A stretch of DNA of 64,000 nt from Candidatus Dormiibacterota bacterium. Its GTDB lineage: Bacteria; Chloroflexota; Dormibacteria; Aeolococcales; Aeolococcaceae. The notes below the pieces were generated by a model. The model worked only from the letters and a program-made list of their open reading frames with translations. It had not been told where the DNA came from and searched no databases. The position numbers and the translations under genes were made by a program. Positions 26,984 to 35,978 of the stretch are shown one piece after another (within the stretch, counting starts at the first letter, position 1; every line of letters begins with the position of its first letter). The stretch spans positions 3,096-67,095 of the forward strand of contig DAHXLU010000097.1 in the NCBI GenBank assembly GCA_027365835.1. The letters are read 5' to 3'.

Positions 26984-27927
26984 TGCCTTTCACTTTTTTT
27001 CTGGCTACTGGAGGATTCAATATCGGGGCGCCAGTTGCCGCACTGCTCAGTGATATTAGTAATGCGCTAAATGGTATCCCTCCCCTGCGATGGGTAGGTG
27101 GCCTGGGATTGTCCATTGCGGTGTTAACCATCCTGTACCGGTTGCTTCTCTGGCCGCTTTTTTCCATGCAGTTGCATACCACCCAGAAAATGCAGGCACT
27201 TCAGCCTCGACAGAAGGAGCTTCGTCTCGTACATAAGGGCGATCCTGCTGCGCTGAACAAGGCCATGTCTGACTTGATGAAGGAACACAATGTGAATCCA
27301 TTGTCCAGCTGCCTGATTCTGCCCTTCCTTATCCTGCCTCTTCTGCCCTTTTATGCTGGGGTTCGGCAAGCCGCTGCGACGGTAAGCCCGGAGGATAGAC
27401 ATTTCCTATGGATAGCTAATGTGGGTCAAAGTGCGATATCAGCGATAGGGCACGATCCTGCAGCGATCATTCTGCCAATCATTGCGTGCATTCTGGCGGT
27501 GTTCCAGACCAAAATGATGAGTGGCCCTCCCGCGAGAAAAGGGGACCTGATCTCAGAAGAGGCCGATGTTACCCAGACCATCAATAACACCATGGTGCCA
27601 TTGATGGTGGTGGTAACCTTTCTGTATACAACCGGGATCTGGGGGGGATTTCCGCAGGGGATAGCCATATATTCAGCGACCCAGAGTCTTTTTATGGTGG
27701 TCCAGGCAGGAGTAGTTCTGGGGTGGCATAATGTTCCAGGATTACAGCTCCTGGAAAAATGGACTACCGGCCGCGCAGGCAGATCAGCACTGGCTGTTAC
27801 GGCTACTTCCCAGAGAGTTGGCAGGGGAGGATCAGAGCTGCAGACGGTAGCCAATCGCCAGCAACCCCCGGTTGTCAAGGGTGGGGATGGTCGTAACCGG
27901 TCAAAAAAGAGAAAGAAGCGTCGTTAG
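26983..27927 (+). CDS. yidC: YidC/Oxa1 family membrane insertase (short form with a basic C-terminal tail)
   Basis: The start overlaps the yidD stop (TAATG). The motif LLWPLFSMQLHTTQKMQALQPRQKELR is present, there are 5 TM segments, and the tail is RNRSKKRKKRR. Confidence 0.9.
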   Translation: MPFTFFLATGGFNIGAPVAALLSDISNALNGIPPLRWVGGLGLSIAVLTILYRLLLWPLFSMQLHTTQKMQALQPRQKELRLVHKGDPAALNKAMSDLMKEHNVNPLSSCLILPFLILPLLPFYAGVRQAAATVSPEDRHFLWIANVGQSAISAIGHDPAAIILPIIACILAVFQTKMMSGPPARKGDLISEEADVTQTINNTMVPLMVVVTFLYTTGIWGGFPQGIAIYSATQSLFMVVQAGVVLGWHNVPGLQLLEKWTTGRAGRSALAVTATSQRVGRGGSELQTVANRQQPPVVKGGDGRNRSKKRKKRR

Positions 27928-28001
27928 ATTGCAGATGGTCTGGAAAGGACTATCTGGAACGGTCGTACAATTGGTCAAATGTAAAGGCGAGGAGAGACAC
28001 A

Positions 28002-28742
28002 GTGCAGATCCCAGGTGATGAAATCGCAACAGAGGAGTTATCACACTCCTTTGAAGATACAGCCCATAACGTTCCAGCAGATGCGCCTTTTCAGGTATGG
28101 GAGTTTACGGGCGATTCGATAGAGGAGGCCAAGGCCCACGCACTGGCTGAAACAGGTCTCAACGAGAGTGAAGCCGTTATCGATACCATCGCTTCAACTG
28201 GTCTGTCCGCAGCGCTCCCAGGGGAGAAACTGGCTCGTCAGGGCGTGGTTGTCCGCGTATGGAAACTGGATGGGAATGTGAAGAAGGCGTTCATAGCGTT
28301 GCGGACCTTGCTGGAGAAGATGTCTATCGTGGCTACGATTACCCCCCGCATTGGTGGTGGTGACAGTAGTAATCTTGCACCCGTGATTCTTGATGTTGAG
28401 GGAGAGGATCTGGGGCTGCTCATTGGCTGGCGTGGCGAGACGCTCTATTCCCTTCAGACCGTCCTCAATATGATGATTGGAGGAGATGGTACTGGCCGCA
28501 AGGTGGTAGTGGATGTGGAGAGGTATCGCGCGCGCAGGGAGGCTCAGGTAGCACAGATGGCGATCAGGGTTGCTGACCGGGTTCTGGAGACTGGTCAGGC
28601 ATATCGTATGGATCCCATGAGGGCCTATGAACGCAGGGCAGCGCATCTGGCACTGCAAAACTACAAGGGGGTCAGGACCGAATCAATGGGCGAGGAGATG
28701 GAGAGAAGGGTAGTGATCCATCCGGTTGCCGACCGTGCCTGA
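28002..28742 (+). CDS. khpB: Jag/KhpB RNA-binding protein (KH + R3H)
   Basis: KH-like motif is GWRGETLYSLQTVLNMM and R3H-like motif is MDPMRAYERRAAHLAL. The gene is downstream of yidC. AGGAGAG precedes the GTG start. Confidence 0.85.
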   Translation: MQIPGDEIATEELSHSFEDTAHNVPADAPFQVWEFTGDSIEEAKAHALAETGLNESEAVIDTIASTGLSAALPGEKLARQGVVVRVWKLDGNVKKAFIALRTLLEKMSIVATITPRIGGGDSSNLAPVILDVEGEDLGLLIGWRGETLYSLQTVLNMMIGGDGTGRKVVVDVERYRARREAQVAQMAIRVADRVLETGQAYRMDPMRAYERRAAHLALQNYKGVRTESMGEEMERRVVIHPVADRA

Positions 28743-29202
28743 GAAAACCGGTACAGTCGAGCGCACCCTGGTCCTGATCAAGCCTGATGGAGTACAACGG
28801 GGTCTTATAGGGTCCATCATTGGTCGGCTGGAGAAAAAGGGGTTGCACCTGGCGGGGCTTAAAATGCTTGTGCTGGATGGTGCGACGGCTGAAAGACATT
28901 ATGCCGAGCATACGGGAAAAGACTTTTTTCCTTCCCTGATCAGTTTTATCACCTCTGGGCCCGTGGTGGCCATGGTTTGGGAAGGTCCGAACGTTGTTGG
29001 AATGGTCAGGAGCATGATGGGTGCCACAAACCCGGTTGCCGCTGCTCCCGGGACCATACGTGGTGACCTTGCCATTTCCATGGGCATGAATCTTATCCAT
29101 GGGAGCGACTCGGTGACAACGGCAAAGAGAGAGATCCCATTGTTCTTTTCAGCACAGGAGCTCTGCGCATGGCAAAGCACAGAGACTGACTGGCTGGTTT
29201 AG
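28726..29202 (+). CDS. ndk: nucleoside diphosphate kinase
   Basis: Motifs are ERTLVLIKPDG, YAEH, TIRGD and NLIHGSDS (active-site His). The start is TTG at 28726 or GTG at 28735. Confidence 0.92.
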   Translation: MPTVPEKTGTVERTLVLIKPDGVQRGLIGSIIGRLEKKGLHLAGLKMLVLDGATAERHYAEHTGKDFFPSLISFITSGPVVAMVWEGPNVVGMVRSMMGATNPVAAAPGTIRGDLAISMGMNLIHGSDSVTTAKREIPLFFSAQELCAWQSTETDWLV

Positions 29203-29222
29203 GCAACAATGCAGCTGATGCA

Positions 29223-29248
29223 TGCGGCCCCTTTCCCCCCAGGCCGCA
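29223..29248. terminator. 7-bp stem hairpin between convergent ndk and lepB
   Basis: The stem arms are tgcggcc and ggccgca, separated by a 12-nt loop. There is no clear U tract. Confidence 0.3.
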
Positions 29249-29255
29249 GGAAGCC

Positions 29256-29936
29256 TTAAGTAATTCCCTGGGGTGGGTAAGGCGCCGGCACGAGCGTTGG
29301 ACCCGGACCATAGCCACCAAATGCCGTAAGTGGCCAGAAGCGAAAGAGAACCACCGACACCAGATGACTTTTGGGCACCCATCCAAAAAAACGGGAGTCC
29401 TCACTGTAATTGCGATTGTCTCCCATAACAAAATAATCATTGGGAGGAATAGTTTCAACAGTTGGGGTTGCACTTTCCTGTCCACTGAGTAGGCAGCAGC
29501 TGGTGTTTACCACCCAGGGCTGAGGCAGGAATGGTTCCTCAACCAGATCCCACGGGCCTTTGCCTCCAGGCTCGATCAGGATGGCCGTCTGTGTTTGTCC
29601 GGGATGTCCAGCTACGGGGTAGTTACCTGTGATCTCAATTTTGTCGCCTGGCAGTCCAATAACCCGTTTTATGAACTGCTCTCCGGGAATCCCAGGAGGA
29701 TTAATAATCACAACCTGCCCGCGACTTGGTCCCGAAAAGTCCAGTGAGATGCGTTCTGCCACCAGTAGATCGTTGTTGTGAAAGGTATTTTCCATACTGT
29801 AACCGGATACTCGTACCGTCATGACGACGAACTGGAGCAGGATAAAAAGGATGAACGCAAAAATAACCACTTCCAGGACATCTCGCAAGGGACCCTGGAT
29901 CTGACGTCCCAGTTTTGCCAATGACATCCCAGCCAT
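29256..29936 (-). CDS. lepB: signal peptidase I
   Basis: An N-terminal TM is present. Motifs are GYSMENTF (catalytic Ser box), FIKRVIGLPGD (Lys box) and FVMGDNRNYSEDSR. Confidence 0.92.
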   Translation of the reverse strand: MAGMSLAKLGRQIQGPLRDVLEVVIFAFILFILLQFVVMTVRVSGYSMENTFHNNDLLVAERISLDFSGPSRGQVVIINPPGIPGEQFIKRVIGLPGDKIEITGNYPVAGHPGQTQTAILIEPGGKGPWDLVEEPFLPQPWVVNTSCCLLSGQESATPTVETIPPNDYFVMGDNRNYSEDSRFFGWVPKSHLVSVVLFRFWPLTAFGGYGPGPTLVPAPYPPQGIT

Positions 29937-30036
29937 TCTACTCGTTCTCTGCGATTCTGCACGGGACGGTGTGCAGGAATCAGGTACAAGCTGCGAGAAT
30001 AAAGGGATTCGCCAGCAGCATATATGAGGTAAAACG

Positions 30037-30669
30037 ATGGCTCTGTTATCCAGTTCTCCATATAAGGTGAGGGAGTTCGACCTCCATGGGCTTTCGGGAA
30101 TTTCCGATAAGACCCTGGAGATCCATTTTGGGCTCTATGCCGGATATGTGAAGAATACAAACTTGCTGACCGAGCAGTTGATCACTCTGAGCGAGAATGG
30201 CAAGTTTGGAACACTGGAGTATTCTGAGGCGACCAGGAGGTTGCCGTTTGAGTACAACGGCATGGTGCTGCATGAACTGTATTTTGGCAACATGCAAAAG
30301 GATGGGGGAGGAGCGGAAATCAATAGCTCCTCAGACCTCGGAAGGGCAATAGGTGAGTCGTTTGGGGACATTGATGTCTGGAAGAAGGATTTTGCTGCCA
30401 TAAGTGCAATGCGCGGTGTAGGCTGGGTGGTGCTGTATGAAGATCCCGCCACTGGCAAGCTCAGCAATCAGTGGATCACCCTGCACCAGGATGGCAATAT
30501 TGCCGGTTTTCGTCCACTCCTGGTGATGGACGTCTGGGAGCATGCGTTTTTGCTGGACTATAAACCCGCCGACCGGCCCCGGTACGTGGAAGCATTCCTG
30601 AATCATTTGAACCTGAAAGAGGTAGAGAGCCGGCTCCACGGCAATGCGCAGAGGAGTGTGGGCGCCTAA
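30037..30669 (+). CDS. Fe/Mn superoxide dismutase family protein
   Basis: Motifs are LEIHFGLYAGYV, LHELYF and DVWEHAFLLDY. All four expected metal-ligand positions are present. GAGGT lies 6 nt upstream of the ATG. Confidence 0.8.
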   Translation: MALLSSSPYKVREFDLHGLSGISDKTLEIHFGLYAGYVKNTNLLTEQLITLSENGKFGTLEYSEATRRLPFEYNGMVLHELYFGNMQKDGGGAEINSSSDLGRAIGESFGDIDVWKKDFAAISAMRGVGWVVLYEDPATGKLSNQWITLHQDGNIAGFRPLLVMDVWEHAFLLDYKPADRPRYVEAFLNHLNLKEVESRLHGNAQRSVGA

Positions 30670-30690
30670 CCTGATAGCCTGCAATGCTGG

Positions 30691-30719
30691 TGCTGGGCTG
30701 GCCTGCTGTCAGCCCAGCA
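30691..30719. terminator. 10-bp stem hairpin between convergent sod-like gene and parB
   Basis: The arms tgctgggctg and cagcccagca are perfectly complementary, with a 9-nt loop (gcctgctgt). Confidence 0.45.
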
Positions 30720-30736
30720 CAGCGAGGCCAGGCAAT

Positions 30737-31666
30737 TCATAGGGGAGGGCCTCCCAGGCGGTCGTAAAGCGAGCCCAGGTCTTCATCTGAATAGAACGAG
30801 ATGAGAAGCCTGCCGCCTGTTTTCTTCCTTTCTATGGTCACTGGCACGCCAAGTGTCTCTTCCAGTCTTCTAATTAATGCATCGTCCTTGTTTGCGGCGG
30901 CGACACCCCCGGTAGCAGTGGTGCCTGCTGGCGTTTTATTCTGCCTTGAATCTTTTTCCTGGTACTGTGCAACCCTTCGCTCGGTATCACGTACGGAAAG
31001 CCCACGTGCTTCAATCTGGGCGAGCAGCTCCAGCTGTGCAGCCTGCTCTTCAAGTGCCAGGAGAGCTCTGGCATGTCCAGCGGATATCTTCTGCTGGTCA
31101 AGCGCCAGCTGTACTTCCGCTGGCAGTTTCAGGAGGCGCAGTGTGTTTGACACGGCAGCCCGGGATCGTCCCACGCGTCTGGCAATGGCGTCATGTGACA
31201 TACCGAACACATCAGCCAGCCTCGCAAAGGCGGAGGCCTCTTCCAGAGGTGAGAGCTCCTCCCGTGCCAGGTTTTCTGTGAGTGCAATCTCCAGCGCATG
31301 TCGCCTGGATTCGGAAACGGGCCGTACCAGAGCAGGTATGGTAGGCAGGCCAGCGGCCTGGCTGGCACGCCAGCGCCGCTCTCCTGCGATCAGTAAATAG
31401 CCCTCTTCGGCTGGCTCCACTACTATTGGCTGGAGCACTCCATGTTCAGCGATACTCTGGGCAAGCGCCGTCATGCTTTCTGGATCGAACAGCTGTCTTG
31501 GTTGATCCGGATTGGGATGAATCTCGTGGACAATGATTTCTCGCAGATATGGGTCTCCCTGCGTAGCCATGGGGGCTGAGGGAGCTGCTGGCACTGGCGC
31601 CAGGAGAGCATCCAGTCCTCGTCCCAGCCCATGCTTTTGAGGTGGCCGGTTCTCTCTTTCAGCCAT
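30737..31666 (-). CDS. parB: chromosome partitioning protein ParB/Spo0J
   Basis: Motifs are GLGRGLDALL, IAGERRWRAS and an HTH region. The start is chosen at MAERENR (31666) and overlaps the parA stop by 8 nt. The ORF-track extension to 31903 lies inside parA. Confidence 0.92.
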   Translation of the reverse strand: MAERENRPPQKHGLGRGLDALLAPVPAAPSAPMATQGDPYLREIIVHEIHPNPDQPRQLFDPESMTALAQSIAEHGVLQPIVVEPAEEGYLLIAGERRWRASQAAGLPTIPALVRPVSESRRHALEIALTENLAREELSPLEEASAFARLADVFGMSHDAIARRVGRSRAAVSNTLRLLKLPAEVQLALDQQKISAGHARALLALEEQAAQLELLAQIEARGLSVRDTERRVAQYQEKDSRQNKTPAGTTATGGVAAANKDDALIRRLEETLGVPVTIERKKTGGRLLISFYSDEDLGSLYDRLGGPPL

Positions 31667-32456
31667 GGGTATCACCGGAGGATTCAGGCATTTTCTCTCC
31701 CAAGCGTGTACATAGTTCACGGGCAAACGCATTGTAGGCGAGCGCCCCCTTGCTGTCTGGATCATACTGCTGGATGGAGAGCCCATGACTGGGTGCCTCA
31801 CCCAGCCGGACATTTCTCGGGATGATGGTCTCAAATGTTTCCGTGGGCAACTTGTCGCGCACCTCACGGACGACATCGGTCGACAGCGACAGTCTACTGT
31901 CATGAAGGGTAAGCAGGATGCCCAGCAGGGAAAGGTGGGGATTCAGGCCCGTCTGCATAATCTCCAGTGTTCGCATCAAAAGCGTAAGCCCTTCCAGGGC
32001 ATAGTATTCGCACTGCAGGGGTACCAGTATCTTTTCGGCGGCCACCAGAGCATTCAGGGTAAGCAGAGCCAGGCTGGGAGGGCAGTCAAACAGGATGAAA
32101 TCTGGTTCGGTAACTCCTTCAAGTGCATAAAGGAGCCGGTGTTCACGTCTGGGGAGGCTGACCAGTTCGATCTCGGCCCCGGCAAGTGCGATGGAGCTGG
32201 GGAGTATCGTCAGCCGCTCCTGGCTGGTATTACGGACCGCAATGCTCATGGGCTGTCCCAGGACAAGCACATCGTAGGTGGTGGATTCCCCTGGGGCGGG
32301 ACGGACATTGAGTGCTGCGCTGGCATTTGCCTGTGGATCGCAGTCGATGAGAAGGACGTTATACCCCATGCTTGCCAGCGCTGCAGCAGTATTGACCGTG
32401 GTGGTGGTCTTGCCGACGCCACCCTTCTGGTTTGCAATTGCGATTCTATGGGTCAT
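31659..32456 (-). CDS. parA: chromosome partitioning ATPase ParA/Soj
   Basis: The deviant Walker A is IANQKGGVGKTTT. LLIDCDPQ is present. The start is chosen at MTHRIAIANQKGG (32456). Confidence 0.92.
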   Translation of the reverse strand: MTHRIAIANQKGGVGKTTTTVNTAAALASMGYNVLLIDCDPQANASAALNVRPAPGESTTYDVLVLGQPMSIAVRNTSQERLTILPSSIALAGAEIELVSLPRREHRLLYALEGVTEPDFILFDCPPSLALLTLNALVAAEKILVPLQCEYYALEGLTLLMRTLEIMQTGLNPHLSLLGILLTLHDSRLSLSTDVVREVRDKLPTETFETIIPRNVRLGEAPSHGLSIQQYDPDSKGALAYNAFARELCTRLGEKMPESSGDTHG

Positions 32457-32484
32457 CGCAGCGGGAGCCGACCCCCATTCCATC

Positions 32485-32504
32485 TATTCCACAGGTTATC
32501 CACA
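32485..32504 (+). promoter_or_regulatory. two DnaA boxes upstream of parA
   Basis: TATTCCACA lies at 32485-32493 and the perfect TTATCCACA at 32496-32504. Confidence 0.55.
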
Positions 32505-32554
32505 GGTGCGGGCCCCAATGCTGATCTCAAAGTCAATACCCGGGCCCGACCTGC

Positions 32555-32563
32555 TGTGGATAA
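32555..32563 (-). promoter_or_regulatory. DnaA box (perfect, inverted orientation)
   Basis: The forward strand reads tgtggataa, which is TTATCCACA on the minus strand. Confidence 0.55.
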
Positions 32564-32570
32564 GGTGCAC

Positions 32571-32586
32571 TGTTTCACGTGAAACA
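32571..32586. promoter_or_regulatory. parS centromere-like site
   Basis: The sequence tgtttcacgtgaaaca is a perfect 16-bp palindrome matching the canonical parS (TGTTNCACGTGAAACA). Confidence 0.9.
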
Positions 32587-32829
32587 TGGGCAGCTTCATT
32601 CCCATATTTTGCCGCATTACCCTCCATCCTGTTGTCGGTAGCGCTTTCTCCGGGTGACCGTTACACGTCTGTCATGGTATCAGCATCCTGGCCTGCTGAT
32701 TTCTTACCTTTATCCCTGCTCCCCGCCTTCATCCGTGCTTCCAGCAAGAGCCTCCTGGGGATGCTTACCCAGGCGCATCTCTCCTGTTGCTACCGCCTCG
32801 GCCGCAGGCAGAGTCAATGTGGAGCGCGG

Positions 32830-32835
32830 TAAGAT
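32830..32835 (+). promoter_or_regulatory. candidate -10 box (TAAGAT) for a leaderless ATG at 32842
   Basis: TAAGAT is followed by 6 nt (tcgcat) and the ATG. No SD is present. Confidence 0.4.
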
Positions 32836-32841
32836 TCGCAT

Positions 32842-33420
32842 ATGGCAAAGATAGAGCGCCGCTGGAGTGTTACTACCTACATCCCTGTGCGGGAGGTGTT
32901 TGCTGTAATGGAACAGCTGGTTACTCTGCCTTTGCAGTTTGAGCCATTGTCCTCATCAAAAGCGCGTGGGATAGAGGTTATCCGAAGGGGATTCTTTGGA
33001 GGGTGGGGCGGCCGGCTGCGTAACCCTCATTTTTTTGAATGTACCGCCGTAGAAGCACCCGAAGGGACACTGGTTCAGGTTGAAGCTACGGCCAGCCGGT
33101 GGGTGGTGTCCCGGGCGGAGGAGTTTGTGACCGTGCTGACGCGGGGCGCAGGCGATCCATATGGGATTTACAGGGATGGCCGAATCCAGCCTGGCGAAGT
33201 GACCCTGGTCGCCTCCTGGGCAGGTACCGGTTATGAGCTTTATTCCGAGCCATCCTTTACCGCTCGTCGTGGTCCGGCAATATACACAGCCACCCCACTT
33301 TTTGCCGTGGAGGTACAAAGGGGACGTTTTGTCCGGGTCGAGACCAGGGATGGCATCTCTGGATATGTGGAGGCAGATCAGCTGGTCATGGCCCCCGCCC
33401 TGGCGGTGCGCGCTCCTTAG
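32842..33420 (+). CDS. hypothetical protein with a C-terminal SH3b-like segment
   Basis: 192 codons. The C-terminus (GRFVRVETRDGISGYVEADQLV) resembles bacterial SH3 domains. Confidence 0.55.
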   Translation: MAKIERRWSVTTYIPVREVFAVMEQLVTLPLQFEPLSSSKARGIEVIRRGFFGGWGGRLRNPHFFECTAVEAPEGTLVQVEATASRWVVSRAEEFVTVLTRGAGDPYGIYRDGRIQPGEVTLVASWAGTGYELYSEPSFTARRGPAIYTATPLFAVEVQRGRFVRVETRDGISGYVEADQLVMAPALAVRAP

Positions 33421-33669
33421 CAGCTTTTCCCGGTCTGGCAAAACCTCATCTTCCAAAAATTCGGCAACAGTGGGAAGTGCCCGAACCAGTTTTTGGGCTT
33501 CTATCCTGACGCCATCCATGGATCAGTGCAGAAGATGGCCCGGGATATAGCTTTCTGGCTGATTGCCAGGGGTAGTGGTCAATGCCGTGATGCTGGCAGG
33601 GCATAGAACGGTGGGGAGGTGCAGGCCGGTAAATAGCGCGGACTCCAGGCTGACTGTAATCTGTGCGTA

Positions 33670-33675
33670 TAGAAT
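33670..33675 (+). promoter_or_regulatory. candidate -10 box (TAGAAT) for a leaderless GTG at 33682
   Basis: TAGAAT is followed by 6 nt (ggaaaa) and then GTG. Confidence 0.35.
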
Positions 33676-33681
33676 GGAAAA

Positions 33682-34824
33682 GTGACCAGGTTCCAGAGAG
33701 TAGCGGCTGCTTTTGCGGCCATAGTCTCCGCCGGCGACGAGGACTCCCTTATCGAGGAACTGCTGGCCGCCGCGGTGGAGCTTACCGGAGCACAATATGG
33801 AGCGCTTGGGATCCTGGCAGCTATACCTGCCACTGGACTGGTAACTCCCAGGCTGGCCCGGTTCCATACGGTCGGCCTGTCGCCGGAGGAGGAGCAGTCT
33901 ATTGGCGAATGGCAACAGAGTGGAGACTGGCTTTCACTTTTTCCTGGATGCGGTGGCGTAGTGCGCATAAGGGACCTTCGCGCGCATCCCCTGCCGGCCG
34001 CGCTCCCGTTGCATCATCCTGTCCTGACGTCATTTATGGGGGTACCGCTAAGGTCTGGCAATATGGTGGCAGGTGGTCTTTATCTCGCCAACACGTTGAG
34101 GGCGGGTGGATTTTCCAGGAACGATGAGAAGACGGTAGTTTCCCTTGTAGCAGTAGCGGACGTTGTGCTGGAAAACCGGCTCCTTCATGAAGAGATTGCT
34201 GACCTGGCAGGGGTGCGGGACAGGGAGAAAATAGCACGTAATCTGCATGACAACGTTATTCAACGCATCTTTGCAACCGGGCTCTCCCTACAGGCGCTGG
34301 CGGTGTCGTCCGGGGATGGTCTGCTGGGGAACCGGATCCAGATTGCTGTCGATGAACTTGACAGCATTATCCAGGATATTCGCGGCATAATTTTTGCCCT
34401 GCGCGGGCAAGAGATGGATGGCCCAGCGCCTCTGAGAGCCCAGCTGCTTGGCCTGGTAATTGAGATTGGCGAGACAGTGGGCACTGCTCCTGTGGTCCAC
34501 CTGAATGGCCCAGTCGACAACATCAACGATGAGCAACTGAACACAACAGTAGTTGCTGTGGCCAGGGAATTGCTTACTGAAGCCACTCGACATGCAGGGG
34601 TTACGGCAGTGGATTTCTATGTCAGGGTTGGGGCCAACATTACGGTAAAAGTGGTAGACAATGGCTCCTTCCCTGGGCCGGGCCAACCGACAGCTGCGGG
34701 CAATGGGGTGAGCCAGGTAACCGGGTGGGCACAGCAGCTTGGGGGTAGTCTGACTGTGCGCAAGGTGCATCCTTCCGGCACAGAAGCCATCTTTATGGTT
34801 CCGAGAAAGCCTGCGCCCGCGTGA
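33682..34824 (+). CDS. GAF-domain sensor histidine kinase (HisKA_3 / NarL-partner type, DevS/DosS-like)
   Basis: The N-terminus is GAF-like (LTGAQYGALGIL...FMGVPL). The H-box is REKIARNLHDNVIQRIFATGLSLQ. The C-terminus is an HATPase. Confidence 0.85.
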   Translation: MTRFQRVAAAFAAIVSAGDEDSLIEELLAAAVELTGAQYGALGILAAIPATGLVTPRLARFHTVGLSPEEEQSIGEWQQSGDWLSLFPGCGGVVRIRDLRAHPLPAALPLHHPVLTSFMGVPLRSGNMVAGGLYLANTLRAGGFSRNDEKTVVSLVAVADVVLENRLLHEEIADLAGVRDREKIARNLHDNVIQRIFATGLSLQALAVSSGDGLLGNRIQIAVDELDSIIQDIRGIIFALRGQEMDGPAPLRAQLLGLVIEIGETVGTAPVVHLNGPVDNINDEQLNTTVVAVARELLTEATRHAGVTAVDFYVRVGANITVKVVDNGSFPGPGQPTAAGNGVSQVTGWAQQLGGSLTVRKVHPSGTEAIFMVPRKPAPA

Positions 34825-34874
34825 TCTGCAGCGGGCCGGGGGTTGTGCCCGAGGGGCTGCGGGCGCCCCTTTTT

Positions 34875-35306
34875 TCAGGTTGGAATAAGGGCCTCGGTAA
34901 CCTGTTTGCCCGTGAGCTCTGCGATATCGATCCGGAACGCCTTGTCCGCTTTTCTCCAGGCCCAGGGCTGTAGGGGCCCCCGTTCCAGCCGGTCCAGCTC
35001 CTCGGGATCGTCGACAGCCCGGACCACGCCGCGTGCAACCACGCTCCAGCCTGAATGGGTAAGTGGACGATTGTCGTCCACCTCAAAGGCCACCAGTTGC
35101 CCCGAAAGCCCGCTTATCGAGGTTCCATCAATGGTTTTGAAAAAGATGGCTCCATCATCAAAGAGGTAATTAATGGGGATGATGTTGGGTACCCCATGGA
35201 GAGTGAAGCCGAGCCTGCCAACATATGAGCTGTAGCGCATGTAGCTTACGCACTGGTCGTATGAGATGTCCTCAAGTGAGGCAACCCCGATAAGGATTTT
35301 TGGCAT
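34875..35306 (-). CDS. pyridoxamine 5'-phosphate oxidase family (Pyridox_ox_2-like) protein
   Basis: Motifs are GRLGFTLHGVPNIIPINYLFDDGAIFFKT and GWSVVARGVVRAV. GGGAGAG lies 5 nt upstream of the ATG. Confidence 0.7.
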   Translation of the reverse strand: MPKILIGVASLEDISYDQCVSYMRYSSYVGRLGFTLHGVPNIIPINYLFDDGAIFFKTIDGTSISGLSGQLVAFEVDDNRPLTHSGWSVVARGVVRAVDDPEELDRLERGPLQPWAWRKADKAFRIDIAELTGKQVTEALIPT

Positions 35307-35321
35307 AGCTTCTCTCCCTGG

Positions 35322-35852
35322 TCAGTTGATATCTCTCCTGGATGGGAACGGCCGGACCGCTTGTCTCTTTGTCTGTTGAGCAAGGGGTTCAAGGGTTTGC
35401 AGCTGCTCCAGCAGGTTGGCGATCCGTACCAGAAAAGAGCGGATGCAAGCCTCTGCGACGTGGTGCAGCAGGATCCTGTCTAGCTCCTGTCCGGCCCTGC
35501 CCAGTGGCGTGGTATAGCTCCCAGAGAGTGTTACCTGCGTGAGGACACCGGCAAGTGGCATGAACTCAAGGTCTCCTTCCAGTCTTGGGAACAGGTTCAT
35601 GGCACCATCTGCATGCCAGTGGACCGGAAAAACCGTTCCAGCGCCACGGGAAAATGGCATGCCCAGGTCAAGCTGTACACGCTTGCCGAGCGCAGGCAAT
35701 ACAGGGCTGGGTCCGATTTTCAGGTAGAGTCTTTCTCCTTCGTTGTAGGCCTCTGCCATGTTCTCTGCGAGCAGGGTATGGAACTCCGCTCCCGGGGGTA
35801 GATCAAGGGCCGTAAACGGTACGGGAACCTGGATAAAATCCTGTATGAGCAT
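35322..35852 (-). CDS. hypothetical protein
   Basis: 176 codons, upstream of and co-oriented with the PNPOx-like gene. I cannot confidently assign a family. Confidence 0.55.
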   Translation of the reverse strand: MLIQDFIQVPVPFTALDLPPGAEFHTLLAENMAEAYNEGERLYLKIGPSPVLPALGKRVQLDLGMPFSRGAGTVFPVHWHADGAMNLFPRLEGDLEFMPLAGVLTQVTLSGSYTTPLGRAGQELDRILLHHVAEACIRSFLVRIANLLEQLQTLEPLAQQTKRQAVRPFPSRRDIN

Positions 35853-35858
35853 ACGTTC

Positions 35859-35864
35859 ATCCTA
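35859..35864 (-). promoter_or_regulatory. candidate -10 box (TAGGAT) for a leaderless ATG at 35852
   Basis: On the minus strand TAGGAT is followed by 6 nt (gaacgt) and the ATG. Confidence 0.4.
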
Positions 35865-35978
35865 GTCCTAAACCAGAGGTTGCAACAGGGTCCAAAGTCC
35901 CATTTTTGAAGGTTACTGGTCCATGGGGCACTGCGCCATCCGCACCATTTGGGTCAGCTATCGTATACACTTTTACAC

